A stretch of DNA of 61,960 nucleotides, counting the filler, from Platydemus manokwari (Eukaryota), in NCBI GenBank assembly GCA_037951405.1. It is 5 parts of 5 records of this genome, joined end to end, with 100 filler letters (N's around TTAATTAATTAA, not from the genome) between each part and the next. Parts side by side here need not be neighbours in the genome. Positions count along the whole stretch, not along the records: positions 12,239 to 22,899 come from JBBMOY011115441.1; positions 23,000 to 36,484 come from JBBMOY011708066.1; 3 more parts are not named here. One strand, given 5' to 3'. Positions 14,219-27,200 of the stretch are shown piece by piece (within the stretch, counting starts at the first letter, position 1; each line of letters starts with the position of its first letter). The position numbers and the translations under genes are program-made. Under the pieces are notes generated by a model that did not search any database, was not told the origin of the DNA, and worked only from the letters and a program-made list of their open reading frames with translations.

Positions 14219-14256
14219 GAAAAGCGGAAATTTTATCAAACTGATACTTATTTTTA

Positions 14257-15529
14257 CAAATTTTTTAAAGGTATATGTTATTTTACACTCATATATTCTC
14301 AAAATGCCGTCCATACACTTCAGAGCAGCATCTTAACCAAGATATTCAAGCTCGTGTAGCGTTTTGAATGATAAGGTATTGTTTCCAGCTCTTACCAAAC
14401 TCGTTTTGGAATCATCAATAGAGTTGATGTCAAGTCGACAATTCTGAAGCTCTGTTAATAACAGGCTTCAAAAGCAGTAACCCATGACATTTAATACTGG
14501 GATTTTGAGAGCCAATCTTTCAGTTCAATGAAATCAGGAGTAGATTACTGAAGAAATTGAACTGAAGCCATTGCTATGTCCATATTAGGCCGTCCATTAC
14601 ATTTTGTATATCACTGAACGTCTGCGGACACATCTCTTCACACTAAACTTATTGGTTTATTGTTTTTTTCTACCTGCCTTCAGGACTCTGATAATACTCG
14701 TCAAGAAATCGAAGCTTCGTTTCGTCATACCATGAAACTGCAGCATAACAAAGAACAGATGGCGGCAAATTGTCATATTTAATCAGCAGATCTTCCTCAG
14801 ATATATCAGTTTTTAGTTGCATTTCTCGCTGAATACGATAATTTTTTGTATTCAAAGGCGGTCGCAATGAACACCTTGTTTTGTCCGAAAACCATGCTCT
14901 CTTACAAGCACAATCTGATTCAAAGCGATTGATCAGTGGTAGCCACTTGATTTGTGCATTTTCCGATGTCGCTCACTGATGAGGTTACATTTTATTTGGC
15001 GATAGCACTTCAGGTCACTTTCTTTGAGAATATCAAACATTGATGTTTTCGATAAATAGAGATGTCGAGCGATTACTCGTTGACTGAAATAATGTCTGGT
15101 CATTGCACCGTTTTGCACAGGTGAAACAGTCAATTGTTTCACTGTGGCGTGTGCCTCGACCCGTTCCTTTATGGCTTGTACCAACTATTTCAGGACCTTT
15201 CCATTTCAAAGTTGCAGCCACATTATTAAACTGATGCCTTGTGATCGTTGAAAAATAAGTTGGTAATACAACTAGGCATTTTTTAGACCCCAAATAGGAT
15301 TTGCACTTTTGAAAAGAATAATCACTTACCTTTAAAAGTTTGAAAACTGAGTCCTGTTCCTTTCCATGATATGGGTATTAAATAGAATCTAAAACAGATC
15401 AAAATAGAAATGAGTAAGTACGCTTTTTATTCATGATCTCATCTGCCACGCAAAGTTTATTATGAAGTGCATGGACGACATTTTGAGCATCTATGAGTGT
15501 AATATAACATATGCCTTTATAAAACTTTG
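14257..15529 (-). mobile_element. Complete but inactivated Tc1/mariner-superfamily DNA transposon, DD37D (maT)-like
   Basis: Imperfect TIRs of ~67 bp lie at 14257-14322 and 15463-15529, flanked by TA on both sides. The transposase pseudogene runs from an ATG at 15367 and contains HTH-like SQRVIARHLYLSKTS, WFSD(K), PPLNTKNYRI, VLCYAAVSWY and a frameshifted W.SKS..LNVM(G/D)YC motif. The second and third catalytic positions are about 112 nt apart. Confidence 0.85.
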
Positions 15530-16269
15530 TATTATTATTAATATTATTGTACGTTTTTTATAATTATATTTTTATTATTTAATTATCACTATTAAGCTTA
15601 CTTAAATTGATAAAGAAATTTGACTGGAGACTATTTTGATAATACCAGGTGAATCTCATTTAAAGTTGCAGTTATTGTTTAACGTCACTGTCCTGTTTGG
15701 GACTTAGAGCAAATTATTGATATAAGAGAGTTTAAATGTCTATGTATTATTAATCGTAATTTCATTATATTATAATAGAACGCTATCGGGTAACAAAATT
15801 TATTTTAGTTTTAATAATGACGCATCATTAAAGTCCTAAAAATAACGGTTTAATAACATCATCACAAAAGATTCTTTAATAGAAATAATAAAGTAGAAGT
15901 TAATTATCGAAACAAAACTATCGATACACTAAAAACGTATCGATAAACTTACCAGCCAAGGTCTGCCTACGCTATATGTTTTAACGATCACCATGTATTT
16001 TTGTTTTATGAGTATTTATATAATAAAAACTGGGTATTTATTTGGATCTATATTGGAACTTTCTATAATAGATTCCTTCGTATTTTGACTAACATACAAC
16101 TGAACGCAATGGAATTTGAAATTTCAGGTACCTTCAGTAAAGTACCTTTCGAGAAGAAACTGCTAGAATACAATTCTCGAAGGACTGTTTGTTGGTATTA
16201 TCAGAAGTTCATTAAGCAGCAAATCAAATTAATTTGTCTAAATAATTCTATTTTAATATAATTTGATGT

Positions 16270-16600
16270 CGTCACTTTTCAGTTCGTTTTCGATGCGTGT
16301 TTTTATAAAATAGTATCGGCTTACACGGTGACCAGGTATCTGGATTCGATTCGGAGAAGATCAGTGAGTGAAAATTCTGGAAAAGAAGTAGAAGATATAA
16401 TGAAGATGGAAAGTAGATATAAAGAAAATATAGAAAAGATAGAAAACAGATAGAAGAATAAGAGTTTTTTATGTAGATCAAAATGTGAGCATTTCATACA
16501 ATGGCAATTAAGAATACAAAGGAAGTCAAAGATTTTAAAGAAAGGGGAATGTAAGCCTTTGAAATTGAAAATAAATTTTCAAAGATTTGATTTTGTATAA
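16270..16600 (+). repeat. Dispersed ~385-bp repeat family copy (ACTTTTCAGTTCGTTTTC motif)
   Basis: Aligns by eye with 21575-21900 through CACTTTTCAGTTCGTTTTC, CGGCTTACA.GG.GACCA, GAGAAGATC and CAAAGATTTTAAAGAAAGGGG. Confidence 0.8.
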
Positions 16601-16834
16601 AATTTAATTCTGCACATACACACAGCATTCAGGAATAATTCAGAATCAATAAAAATAAATCAATTAACTTTAAATTATATATATTGATGTGTGACATACG
16701 ATTTATTTAATTTCGAAAAGAGAAAACATGACTTCAAACTTTATTCTCTAAAACAAATTCTGCTAAATATTTTCAGTTAAATCTGAAATAGGAAATGTTT
16801 TATTAAAAATAGTTTTGATTTATTTTTCAGTTTA

Positions 16835-17047
16835 CTATTTTGCTTTGCTATTAGTCGAATGTTCGATTTTTGAAATTCCAATTTTTAAGATTTGATCGAA
16901 ATATGCCGCATTTTCAACATTATCATTCAATCGTTGAATGTGGCTTGTTTCATTGATAATATTGATTTTCACAAATGAGCTCAATTGATATGTTTGGAGC
17001 CCGTTCAATTGAAACAAAAGATGAACTATCAAAAGAATGTTAACCAT
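16835..17047 (-). CDS. Possible small secreted protein (70 aa) or first exon
   Basis: The ATG sits in CGACATGG context. The N-terminus MVNILLIVHLLFQLNG is hydrophobic and resembles a signal peptide. No homology was recognised. Confidence 0.25.
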   Translation of the reverse strand: MVNILLIVHLLFQLNGLQTYQLSSFVKINIINETSHIQRLNDNVENAAYFDQILKIGISKIEHSTNSKAK

Positions 17048-18103
17048 GTCGAAATAAAATAATGATAAAGATTGATTTTCGTTATTTAATATAGAAATAT
17101 CTGTTTATTATTGGATTCAATGTTTTATCATTCAGCCTATGAGAAATTTAGAACAATTTTCTATCAATTAATGCTTCCTTGGAAATGATAAACATTGGTG
17201 TTGTGTAGTATTAAGAAACGAAACTAAATAAGCAAAAACTATTTCAGTATTTTTAAAATCGATTATATCAACGAGAGCATTCTGATAGGATAAAGATATT
17301 TTCACTATCAATATTGATAAAAATAAAAATAAAAAAGATAACAAGCTAGATTTTTATTGTAATTTAGAATTCGAGAGCATGTCTGTTGTACATCTCGAAG
17401 CCATTTTAGAAATAAAGATAGAATTGGGGTTTATAAAGTTTAAAAACAAAGTAATCTTTGACTTTTAATACATTTCCAGAGCTAATATTTTGAAAAAGCC
17501 AAAAATGAGATTATTAAAATTAAGATGAGAAAACACAAGATGGGCAGAGAATATTGAAAATATAGAGAAAGTAGGAGATATAGATAAGATAAAGGATAAA
17601 TATAGAATTATACTGATAGATATATTAAAAATTTGATTTAGAGAATATAAAGAATATATCGAGAATTCCAGATATGAAGTTCGAAAGCAAGAATATGACG
17701 AAAGTCAAAGACTTTAAAATCAATGACTACTTCGACTCTGATATTGTTGACCTGAGTTGACACTAAGAACTTCAAAATAAATCTTTCGATAAACTATGGT
17801 AACTCTTCCAGAAAAATACCCAAATTTTTTTTCATCAATTATCACATAACTGTTGTATCGCGGAATATATTGATTTTAATGAGAGAGTCTAAAATCTTTC
17901 AATATCCTCCAGTTTGAAAATATATAACTATATCTATGAGATTGAGTTATTGTGTTTGGCATAATTTGGGAATAAGTTAAAATTGATTTTGGAGTAAAAA
18001 TATTTTTAAGGACATTTTAAGGAAACAATCAGGCAATGTTTGGATTCGATCGACCCTTGTGCCATTCAATGGCTGGTGAAAACATCAAAAAATTCTGAAA
18101 TAT

Positions 18104-18565
18104 TGTCGGACTATCAATCAACAATTTAGATCTGAAAATTGTATTTACTAAAATATTACACTCAAACTCTAAACAACAACAGTTCACAATTCACAAAGAA
18201 AATCACTCAAGGTGGGATCAGCGCTCGAAAGTCAAAGACAGAATGAAAAGTAATCAAGAAGACTGATTACTAAAATCACATAAGCTAAGTACTCAAGTTA
18301 CCGAGCAAAAAGAACTGGTCATTGTTGTCAAAATGGGCTCGTTTTATACTATTGCTAGTCACATTATTGCATTGATTAATTTAAACAAATTATTCTAGAA
18401 TATTCTATTTTTATCTTTTGATTTAAACAAATTATTCTAGAATATTCTATTTTTATCTTTTGATTTAAGCAAATTATTAATGATTTTCTTTCAGAATATT
18501 TTTAAGTATGTTTATTTAGAATTTTTTAATTATTTTTTAAAATTTTATTTTTTACCTACTCCACA
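18104..18565 (-). mobile_element. Probable solo LTR containing a 42-bp tandem duplication
   Basis: Termini are TGT...ACA, with flanks ATAT/ATGT (3 of 4 TSD match) and a TATAAAA box on the minus strand. A perfect 42-bp tandem repeat lies at 18379-18462, plus a partial third copy. Confidence 0.5.
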
Positions 18566-21547
18566 ATGTGAATGAATAAGTCGAAATGAACAATTTGTAA
18601 CATTGGAAACAAATTTCAAACAAAATGAGATAAAATTGAAATTATAATGAATTCATTACCTCAATTGTTTACTTTGTTTTCTGTGATTATGTTGTGATAT
18701 TTCTCTGCCTCTATTTCTAATATATACCATTATGTTGATACCTGATACCAATGGAGTCGTTTTGAATTGGAAATTTTATATCAAGTTCAAATAAAATAGG
18801 AGAAAATCAGAATTTCTTATTTCGGTTATTACAGATTTCAGTTCGAGATCTCTTATTTCTGCTGTGTTGATATTTTTCAGAACAAATACTGTTGCGATTT
18901 AGAGTTTAATGGTTTATAAGATAAATTTAAGAATCTAAATGAACTCAAATTGTAGATATATAATTTTAAAAACGTTACATTTAATAAGTAACAACAATCG
19001 ATTATCTATAAGTTAAAAATATAAATGCACCGTGTGTAAAAATATTTTGATAAAGCGTGGACATTAATTTACTAATCCGACTTCAATAGTGGTGTTCGAA
19101 AGAACTTATGGCTCTTTATAAATGAATGAATATATGATAAAATCAATAAAATATAATTTTCAAATAAAATTGATGTAATATATCGATGTAATAATCGATA
19201 ACAAATAACCAGATTTTGATAGATTTAGATGAAAAGGTTTATAATTATATTGATTTTCAGATTCTATTTCGATAGAACTGATTTAATGAACGACTTCTCT
19301 GTAAGCGACACGTAGCTTGAAGGTGATTAAGACAAAGGCTTCCAAAACGGTTTGAAAGAAATTTTAGTATTGATTTCATAGATTGGTTAACGTTTAGATG
19401 GATTGATAAGGATTATCATAAATGATATTACATCAACACTTATAATTTTAATGGTAAGTAACACATAAATAAAATGTTTTTAAGAATAAAAAATTTAAAA
19501 TTTTAAAATACGCTAATCATAACTTTTGGAAGAATCTAAGATTTGGGATTTCGAGTTATTAATTATCCCTCAATAATAATGAGTTCGTCGTAACTGAAAA
19601 GTAGCTCCACCTTAAAAAACAAACAAGCATCATAAATTGATTATACCATTCATTATCCTTTACTGTTTGTTTTAATTGTTTACAAATAGCTAAATGAACA
19701 TTTTTCCAGATGTGATCAACGGGACGTCGCGTTGAGCAAGTATTCTTAAACAGAAGTGACACAATGTGACTTTCATTTCAGGATTGGTTAAAGAAATAAC
19801 TCTACTCCACGAAACCACACAAATCTCGAAGAAATTAAAAGCGAATGTGAGACTTCTTATTTTTCCCACCGAAGGAATCTTTAGTAAAACAGGACTTTCA
19901 ATTACCAAAATTATAATATATTTATGCTTATTCTCCACTAGAGGAGTCAAGTTAGTCAAATACTCTCCCTCGAAATTAACCATCTACATAATAGCTTAAA
20001 AATCGATACAATAAAAGGAAAATGTTACAATGTTGTCATTAAATTCATATTCTCATAGCATAGCCGGGTTCCCTAAGGAATGGCTTTTTATCTCGTTTTT
20101 GTTTTAATCATTTACTGAATAATTTTATATGATGTTTGCTTTTTCGAAATTGCGATAATTTTTTATTGATTTTATATCTTTCTATGTTGTTTATCACTGA
20201 TAAGTTTTCATATTATACGATATCCTTCATATCTCCTACATTTCAAACAGTAATTTAAACAAAAAATTTATTCCATTTCGTTATCATATCATTTGAATAA
20301 TTGTATTTATAAGTTTTATTTCAAAGTGCCAGAGAACATCGGACTTCTTTCTAATATAATTCTCCACTGACCTCTTTTTCACTGGAGTTGGGTGGCATTA
20401 CGTCACAACACTACTTGTAATAATCTTCAAGGAATTGCAACGTCACATAATGAAAATCCTTTGTATTTAGATTGATTTTTTGTAAGTATATGGATTCATC
20501 AATAAATTTTGTCTCTTCACTTATTGGTGTTTATGCATTATATTAATGCAAGCAACTGCTAAGAGTCAGATATTGTTGGAATTCTCCATCCAAATCTTAA
20601 CCCTAGAAGTTGATAATTTATAATCGTCATCAAATTCCCCCCCAATTGTAAGAGATTCATTGTTATTTATAGTAAACTATGTTTGAATAAATGTGATTGT
20701 TATTAATTTAGAATTATAAATCGGAACAATCGACAAACATATCGAATAATTCATTGATTATATTTGTTTTATTTTCCTACCAATTTTCAGATTCTTCATC
20801 TAACTCACTTTCGAGGAAATTTGCTTTCATTAGATTTCTTTAAGTTTTTTCACAATTGAGTTCATCATTATTTATCAAGTCAAATTTATGTTGATCATTA
20901 TTTCATGACTTTGACTCTCGATTTCTTTTCAAAAGTAACTTGAATGATACCATAATCAGTACACCAAGTTCTGTACACAATATTAAATTAAATTTCACCA
21001 CGTATCATCCAACCAAGCTATCATGTTTCAATATATTTTCAATCTCTCCCATCAAGATGATATTTATAAACAATTATTGGTAAACTTTCATTATATTTTA
21101 ATCTTTGAATCCCAATAAAAATATTGAAGAACAAGTTCTCATTATCGATACAATATCTAATGAAAATATAACTTATTCACGTTAATGATTAGGTTTAATC
21201 TAAATATTTACTATATTCTGTTTGCCAACAACCTAATCACAATTTTTGTCAGTTCTATCTATCTACCATAGAGGTTTGTTCTATTAAAATAATGGAGAAT
21301 CATTAAACAACAAGAGAAAGATTATCGAGAAAAAATTATTATTTATTATGTGGTTTGTAATTAATTTTTTGGGTTCTTGAGTATATTTTCAGGATTTCTG
21401 AGTCATTATGGATATTTTCGATTGATAAACTATCAAAAATAAGTCATAAATATTGTGAGAATTTTAAAATTACTTAAATATTTAAAGATATAATTCAAAT
21501 TATATATAAAATTATATTTTATTTAATATTATATTTATTTGTTTAAT

Positions 21548-22015
21548 AATTGTATTTGAGTAGAAAATTTAGTGTAGTGACTTTTCAGTTCGTTTTCAAT
21601 GTGTGGATTATTAAGAAATGGCGGCTTACAAGGCGACCACGCATCTGGATAAGATTCTGAGAAGATCCATGACTGAAAATTATGGAGGAAGATAGTGAAT
21701 CTATGGAGAATATATAAAGAAGTTATAAAGACGTTGTAGCGAAGTTACAAAGGAGATATAAAAGAAGGTAATTAGGGTTTTCGTGTAAATAAATATGTAG
21801 AGTTTTTGATACAGAAATAATTAAGAAAATCAAAGATTTTAAAGAAAAGGGGCGGGTGAGAATTTTTAAATGAATTCAATTTTTAAAGATTTAATTTAAA
21901 TTTCATTTAAAATTATAATTATTTGTTTATATAATTGTATTTGAATTGATAATTTTATTGTGGTGACTTTTCAGTTTGTTTTAAATGCGTGATTTTTAAA
22001 ATAGCCGCGGTTTTT
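21548..22015 (+). repeat. Tandem copies of the ~385-bp repeat family
   Basis: AATTGTATTTGA...GTGACTTTTCAGTT recurs at ~21548 and ~21933, a period of about 385 bp. Confidence 0.8.
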
Positions 22016-22899
22016 AAATATTATAAAAATGAAAATAATTGTAAATATTTCTTAAATAATTTTGTTGAACTCCCTAAATTTGTAATGAAATAGTCAGAGC
22101 TAACATAGGGAATAAGTATTTGCATTCGATTTTATGAAAATCAATACAAGAAAAGTATAGAAAAATATAATTTAAACAGTATAAAGAATCATAAAAAAAA
22201 TTTGAAAGATATGCCGTGCTCGATGTGATTTCAGAAAATTATAAGAAATTCGCAAAGAAAATATAAGATATAGAATGCAGAGAAAACAGATGAATACAAA
22301 TGTGATCAATGTAGATAAATATCGACAAGTCAATAACAAGAAATGTGAAGAAAATCAAAAATTCTTGTAATACATAGTAGTGTGGATATTTAAATGTGGG
22401 TCAAATAATTTTTAAATTATCAATATAGATATAAAAATATCTGAATAAAGAAGAAAATTCGAATTATTTGTTTTAATTTGAAGATAAAATGGACTTTAGG
22501 ATTGGACTAAAAAATTCGTTTTTAATTTTCGTGTGTTGTGAACCAGCAGCAGACAAAAATAACATTAATGACAGTTGTTTGAGATTTATATAATATAAAA
22601 TAAGAATTGAAAAAGAATCTCACAATAAGAGTCAAACAATGCAACTCAAAAATAAATAAACTCTATTTTATAAACGAATACAGATAGCAATAATAAAAAA
22701 GCTGTAAGGAAGAAATAAATAAGAATGTATATCACTAAATCAGATGAAATGAAATCACTTATCTTAGGAGTAAGTGTAGTCTCATAATAGTATATGGAAA
22801 TGAATGCAAAGTTTGTTGGCATTCACGATAAACATCAAAATGTTGTGAGAAAATTAAAAAATTTAAAGGAATAAATATCAAAGAAATATTTTTAAATTT

Positions 22900-22999
22900 N
22901 NNNNNNNNNNNNNNNNNNNNNNNNNNNNNNNNNNNNNNNNNNNTTAATTAATTAANNNNNNNNNNNNNNNNNNNNNNNNNNNNNNNNNNNNNNNNNNNN
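22900..22999. other. Artificial contig-joining spacer
   Basis: 44 N + TTAATTAATTAA + 44 N. Confidence 0.95.
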
Positions 23000-23819
23000 T
23001 AATAATGATATAAATAAGGTGGAATAATAATAAAGATATTGGCAAAAAATGAAAAATAAAAAACCGTAATAAAGTCGATCAAATTAAATAAATAAAAATA
23101 AAATAAAAATTTTAAGTAAATTCCAAAAAATTATTAAGTAAGTCACATTTTGAAAATTAGGCTGAATATCTAGAAACAATAAATAAGATTAATAGATCTA
23201 AGATTGCTCGAATAAAATACACTCAACATTCTCCTTTTTCTATTCCATCGTAAAAATTGGACACACTGTGATAATGGTTTCAATATAATTATGTTTTATC
23301 TATCACATCATAATAAATAAAACATCAATTGACATTATTGATTTCATTGAAAAGCATTAAGTATTATGGGCTAAATTAGTTTTGTTCATACAGTGGGTCT
23401 GCATCAAAAAATTTTTAAACATTTGTGGAATCAAAGGTAACAAAGGTTAATTTGTAAAATATAATTTGCTTGTTTATTTATGGGAAATTTAATTAGAAGG
23501 TATTCTGTAAGAAGGAGTTTCTAGTGGGTATTAACAGAATTGTGAAAGGGCTGAATTTTCTTCTTATTTGATCAATAACTTGCAATCACAGTTTGACCTT
23601 TCGGTGTATTTGACAACGTGTATATTATATTTTAAAAAAAATACATTTTAATTAGAAAAGAAGCTCGCTCATTCCAGGTCCTAGAACATGATAAAGAATA
23701 AGATAATCAAAAACTTAAGTTTGCTGACGGTAAGAAACTTAATAAAATTATTAATGCTAATACTTGAATTGATTGGGTTGGACTGAAAACCATACCACGG
23801 ATTATATATTTGAAGAATT

Positions 23820-24200
23820 ACTGTTGAATTTCAGTATTTATACATCAGGACCAATAGCCCAGTTTTTCCTGGTGCACTTCTTTATCCTTTTGAACTTCCT
23901 ACAAAGTCCTTTACTTCGAATAACATTTTTTTAACATTTTCCAAATACATCCAATCTCTCTTATTTCAATCTTTCTTTCCCTACTTTCTCTTTCAATTTT
24001 CTTTCGTATTTGCTGTGGTCTTAAGATCTAAATCATATTTCTTTAATGCTGCTTTCCTTTTTTTCGCCCTGTATTTGCTTAACATTCTTTCTACTCAGTT
24101 TTTAATTGATCATAGTCCTAATGAGCTCTTATCTTCTTCAAAGCTTCTATTTAGACTCAGATTTGGACTCAGATTTTTTGAAATAGGTCTCCTCAATAAC
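23820..24200 (-). mobile_element. Gypsy-like integrase C-terminal remnant
   Basis: Frameshifted translation KKYD...RDWMYLENV...RSKGLCRKFK...IGPDV*ILK resembles the GDxVxL...KF...GP region of Ty3/Gypsy integrases. Confidence 0.3.
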
Positions 24201-27200
24201 CACTTATTATGAAAAAAATATTATTTTAAAATACTCTTATTATTATCTCACAAAAGTATGTAATATAATGTTTAATTAGTGATTTAGTTGTTTTAAATTA
24301 TTATTATTTTAGGGAATTAAGTGGTAATATTTTATCATGACTATCAATGTTTTAACAAACCTTGACAGCTTTTCTGTCACATAGTTTTGTAATAAATAGT
24401 GAGTTGTGCAAACATGTATTTGAACTAATTTATTTTGTATCCATTTTTGCATTCATGTGTAATATAGAAGAGTCTCATATAAACTAATATTTGCCATATA
24501 TCGATAACTCCAATCGAAAATTTCTAAATAAAAACATCTAATAGAAGTCGATCATATGTAATGCTCTCAAACTCTAAATGTCGAAACAGACATAGATATT
24601 GCATTTAGAAGCCACAAGAAATGTGTTATTATTTATTGAACCTGCTGAATAGCACATGTACAGTACATGAATAGCACATTTGGTCAATAGAATTTATTCA
24701 ACAATTATTTGATGAGCCAGACTTAAAAGAAACTCCGCAGAACCAATGTTTGGAGACATTTACGAACTAGTCTAAAAACCAAATCAACCTCCATTCAGAA
24801 TAGTATAAGCAGGGTATTAAAAAGGTATTCAGAAGTTGGCAGTCTTAGAAAAGTTCGTCAACTTCTTAATGGCTATTTCATATATGCTTCTACCCATCGA
24901 ACAATTATACAATGGTTACATTTTCATTTGAAAGAATGCTTGGCCACAGTAGCTTACAAACACATTGATCGGGGAAACATAAGTCAATAAAAGTGCCTAA
25001 ATGATGCCGTGTCTAAAAAATTTAAGAGTTCAAAACCGTTCAATAACTTTGCTAGCTATACAATTTGTCGGAGATTAATTCCTTAAGGAAGTTCATCATC
25101 ACATTAATGCCGTATTCAATCCGGTGATGAAAGAGATGGATTAAACATATATTATATATTAAATCATTACATCATAATATTGGACCCGGTCATGATGAGT
25201 CATAATGTCATTCTTCTAAATCCATTTTTCCAATTCTTAAACTTAGAGACTCATTAGTTCAATAATATACAATGTGTTTTGCATACCACATATTGTAGAA
25301 TCAGAACTAATGATGATGAGACACATAATGAGACACAGTCAGCATCCAGTCAAGATATATATTCTTCTTGTGGAAATTTCGAACCCCTTGCTAGTTCAAA
25401 TCTATAGAAAATTAAACAGTCTAAGCATTTCATTTCTAAAAGAAAGGTAAACTTTCAGAATGACGAATCAAGGGCTAATCGGAAGCTCTCCCAAAATAAA
25501 AGCACGATTATATGAGAAAAAATTGATCGCTGGATTGAAAGAATAGGAAGTGAAGATTCTAGTAATGTAATTACTGATCTAAATGACTTTGAAATTCAAA
25601 ATTGGAAAAAAGATTGTAGATTCTGTAATATCGGTGATGATAATGTTGATAAAAAATGGGAATACCGTGACGGAGAATTGGAAACTTTTAAATTAATGTG
25701 GAATTAAAAATTATATTCATCAAATTACACCGATTCAGATTTTAAGAAGTAATATAATTAATTTGTATTTCTAGGAGACAATAACCGAAATATTGATTTA
25801 GTAAACATTTTGAGATTTATGTTGAAAATTGAGTAGGAAATTTAATTAAAGTGAAGTTAAATATGTTTTTTAGAGTCCGGGTTATTATTAATAGAAAGTA
25901 GATTTCAGAAGGGGAAAATCAATTTTCGTATCTAAATCAATTTTTATGATTTATGGTATTTTGTCCTAAAATTACTTTTTTGTAAAAATTGAAAATCGAT
26001 GTAAAAAGGAAAAAAGAAATTCCACAGAGATGATGACACATGTAATTACAATTTTAAAAGAAGAATAATCGTATTAGTTTAGAATAATCGTATTTGTTTA
26101 ATGTGCTGCTATTTGATAAATCTATCATTTAATTACAAAATTTTCATATTCCCAAAATGTATTCTGTATAAAAATGATACATTTTAGGCGGTTAATTGTT
26201 TATAAGAGAATTATACGTTTCAATAATATTTTATATAAAATTTTGAATAACAAATATATCTAAAATCCTAACAGTGCGAAAGCGAAGATCTCGTTTTATG
26301 TGTTACAGCAAGAAAACCAGTAAGAAAAAACTATACTTTTGGTTTACGAACATTTTTACAACAATTTTTACTACTTATAGTTACAAATAATAAATTTAAT
26401 GAAACCAGTTAAATATAGCGATAAGAATGTTAATGAAAATCTTTTTGGAAAATTGTTTTTTATATTCGTGAATTTCTTTCACTTAATTAAAAAATTTTAA
26501 TTTACACAAAATAAAAACTAATATTAAAACGAACTAAATAAATTTTATATAAGAAATGTTGTCTGATTAACATTAGTAATGAATATCGATTAATTATTGA
26601 GAATGCGATGGTTTATAAAAGTAAGTAGAGATTAATTTTTTCGCAGTTATTGCAATTTTTATATTCTACATTATTTATGATTCATTCAAGAAAGGGAACT
26701 AGTTTGTTTATTTTGGAGCTGATTTTTATATGTTAAAAAGTTTTTACTGACAATCGAAAACTTTTCCTGATATGTAGATTTACTATTTCATGATTTTGCT
26801 TTAGTTTTTTATTAAGTAATTTTATTGTATTCATTAACTTAAGCTTTCAAACAACTCTGTTGTGTGAATAATAATGAGAATAATATGAAATAATTAAGTT
26901 AGAATTCATTAAATAATCACGCAATAACTGATATCAATTTCAAAATTACGGCTTAATCTCTATCAATATTACTACAGTTAAAGAAATGGTAATTGTTTGT
27001 CTGAAATCTTGTAATCGCAATTAATTCCTTTGTATTAGAAATGATTTTATAAATTTTTGTGTTGTTGATTACAAAGCCCAACGTATAAATATATAAAAAT
27101 TAAATCCGTATCATTAAAATGTTGGTGGTAAGTAATTAAAAGAGTAAATAAAGCATTTACATTTTTTTTTAATTGTTGTGATTGTTGGAAAATTAATCTA

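Noticed and set aside
13937-14359. ORFs of 113-127 aa in the track
   Set aside because: Artefacts of translating through the N gap.
15320-15332. AG/GTAAGT donor suggesting an intron in the transposase
   Set aside because: The reading frame continues colinearly through it (two point-mutated stops), so no intron is needed.
20320-20360. KKSDVLWHF as the start of a BED zinc finger
   Set aside because: No following CxxC/His pattern could be recovered.
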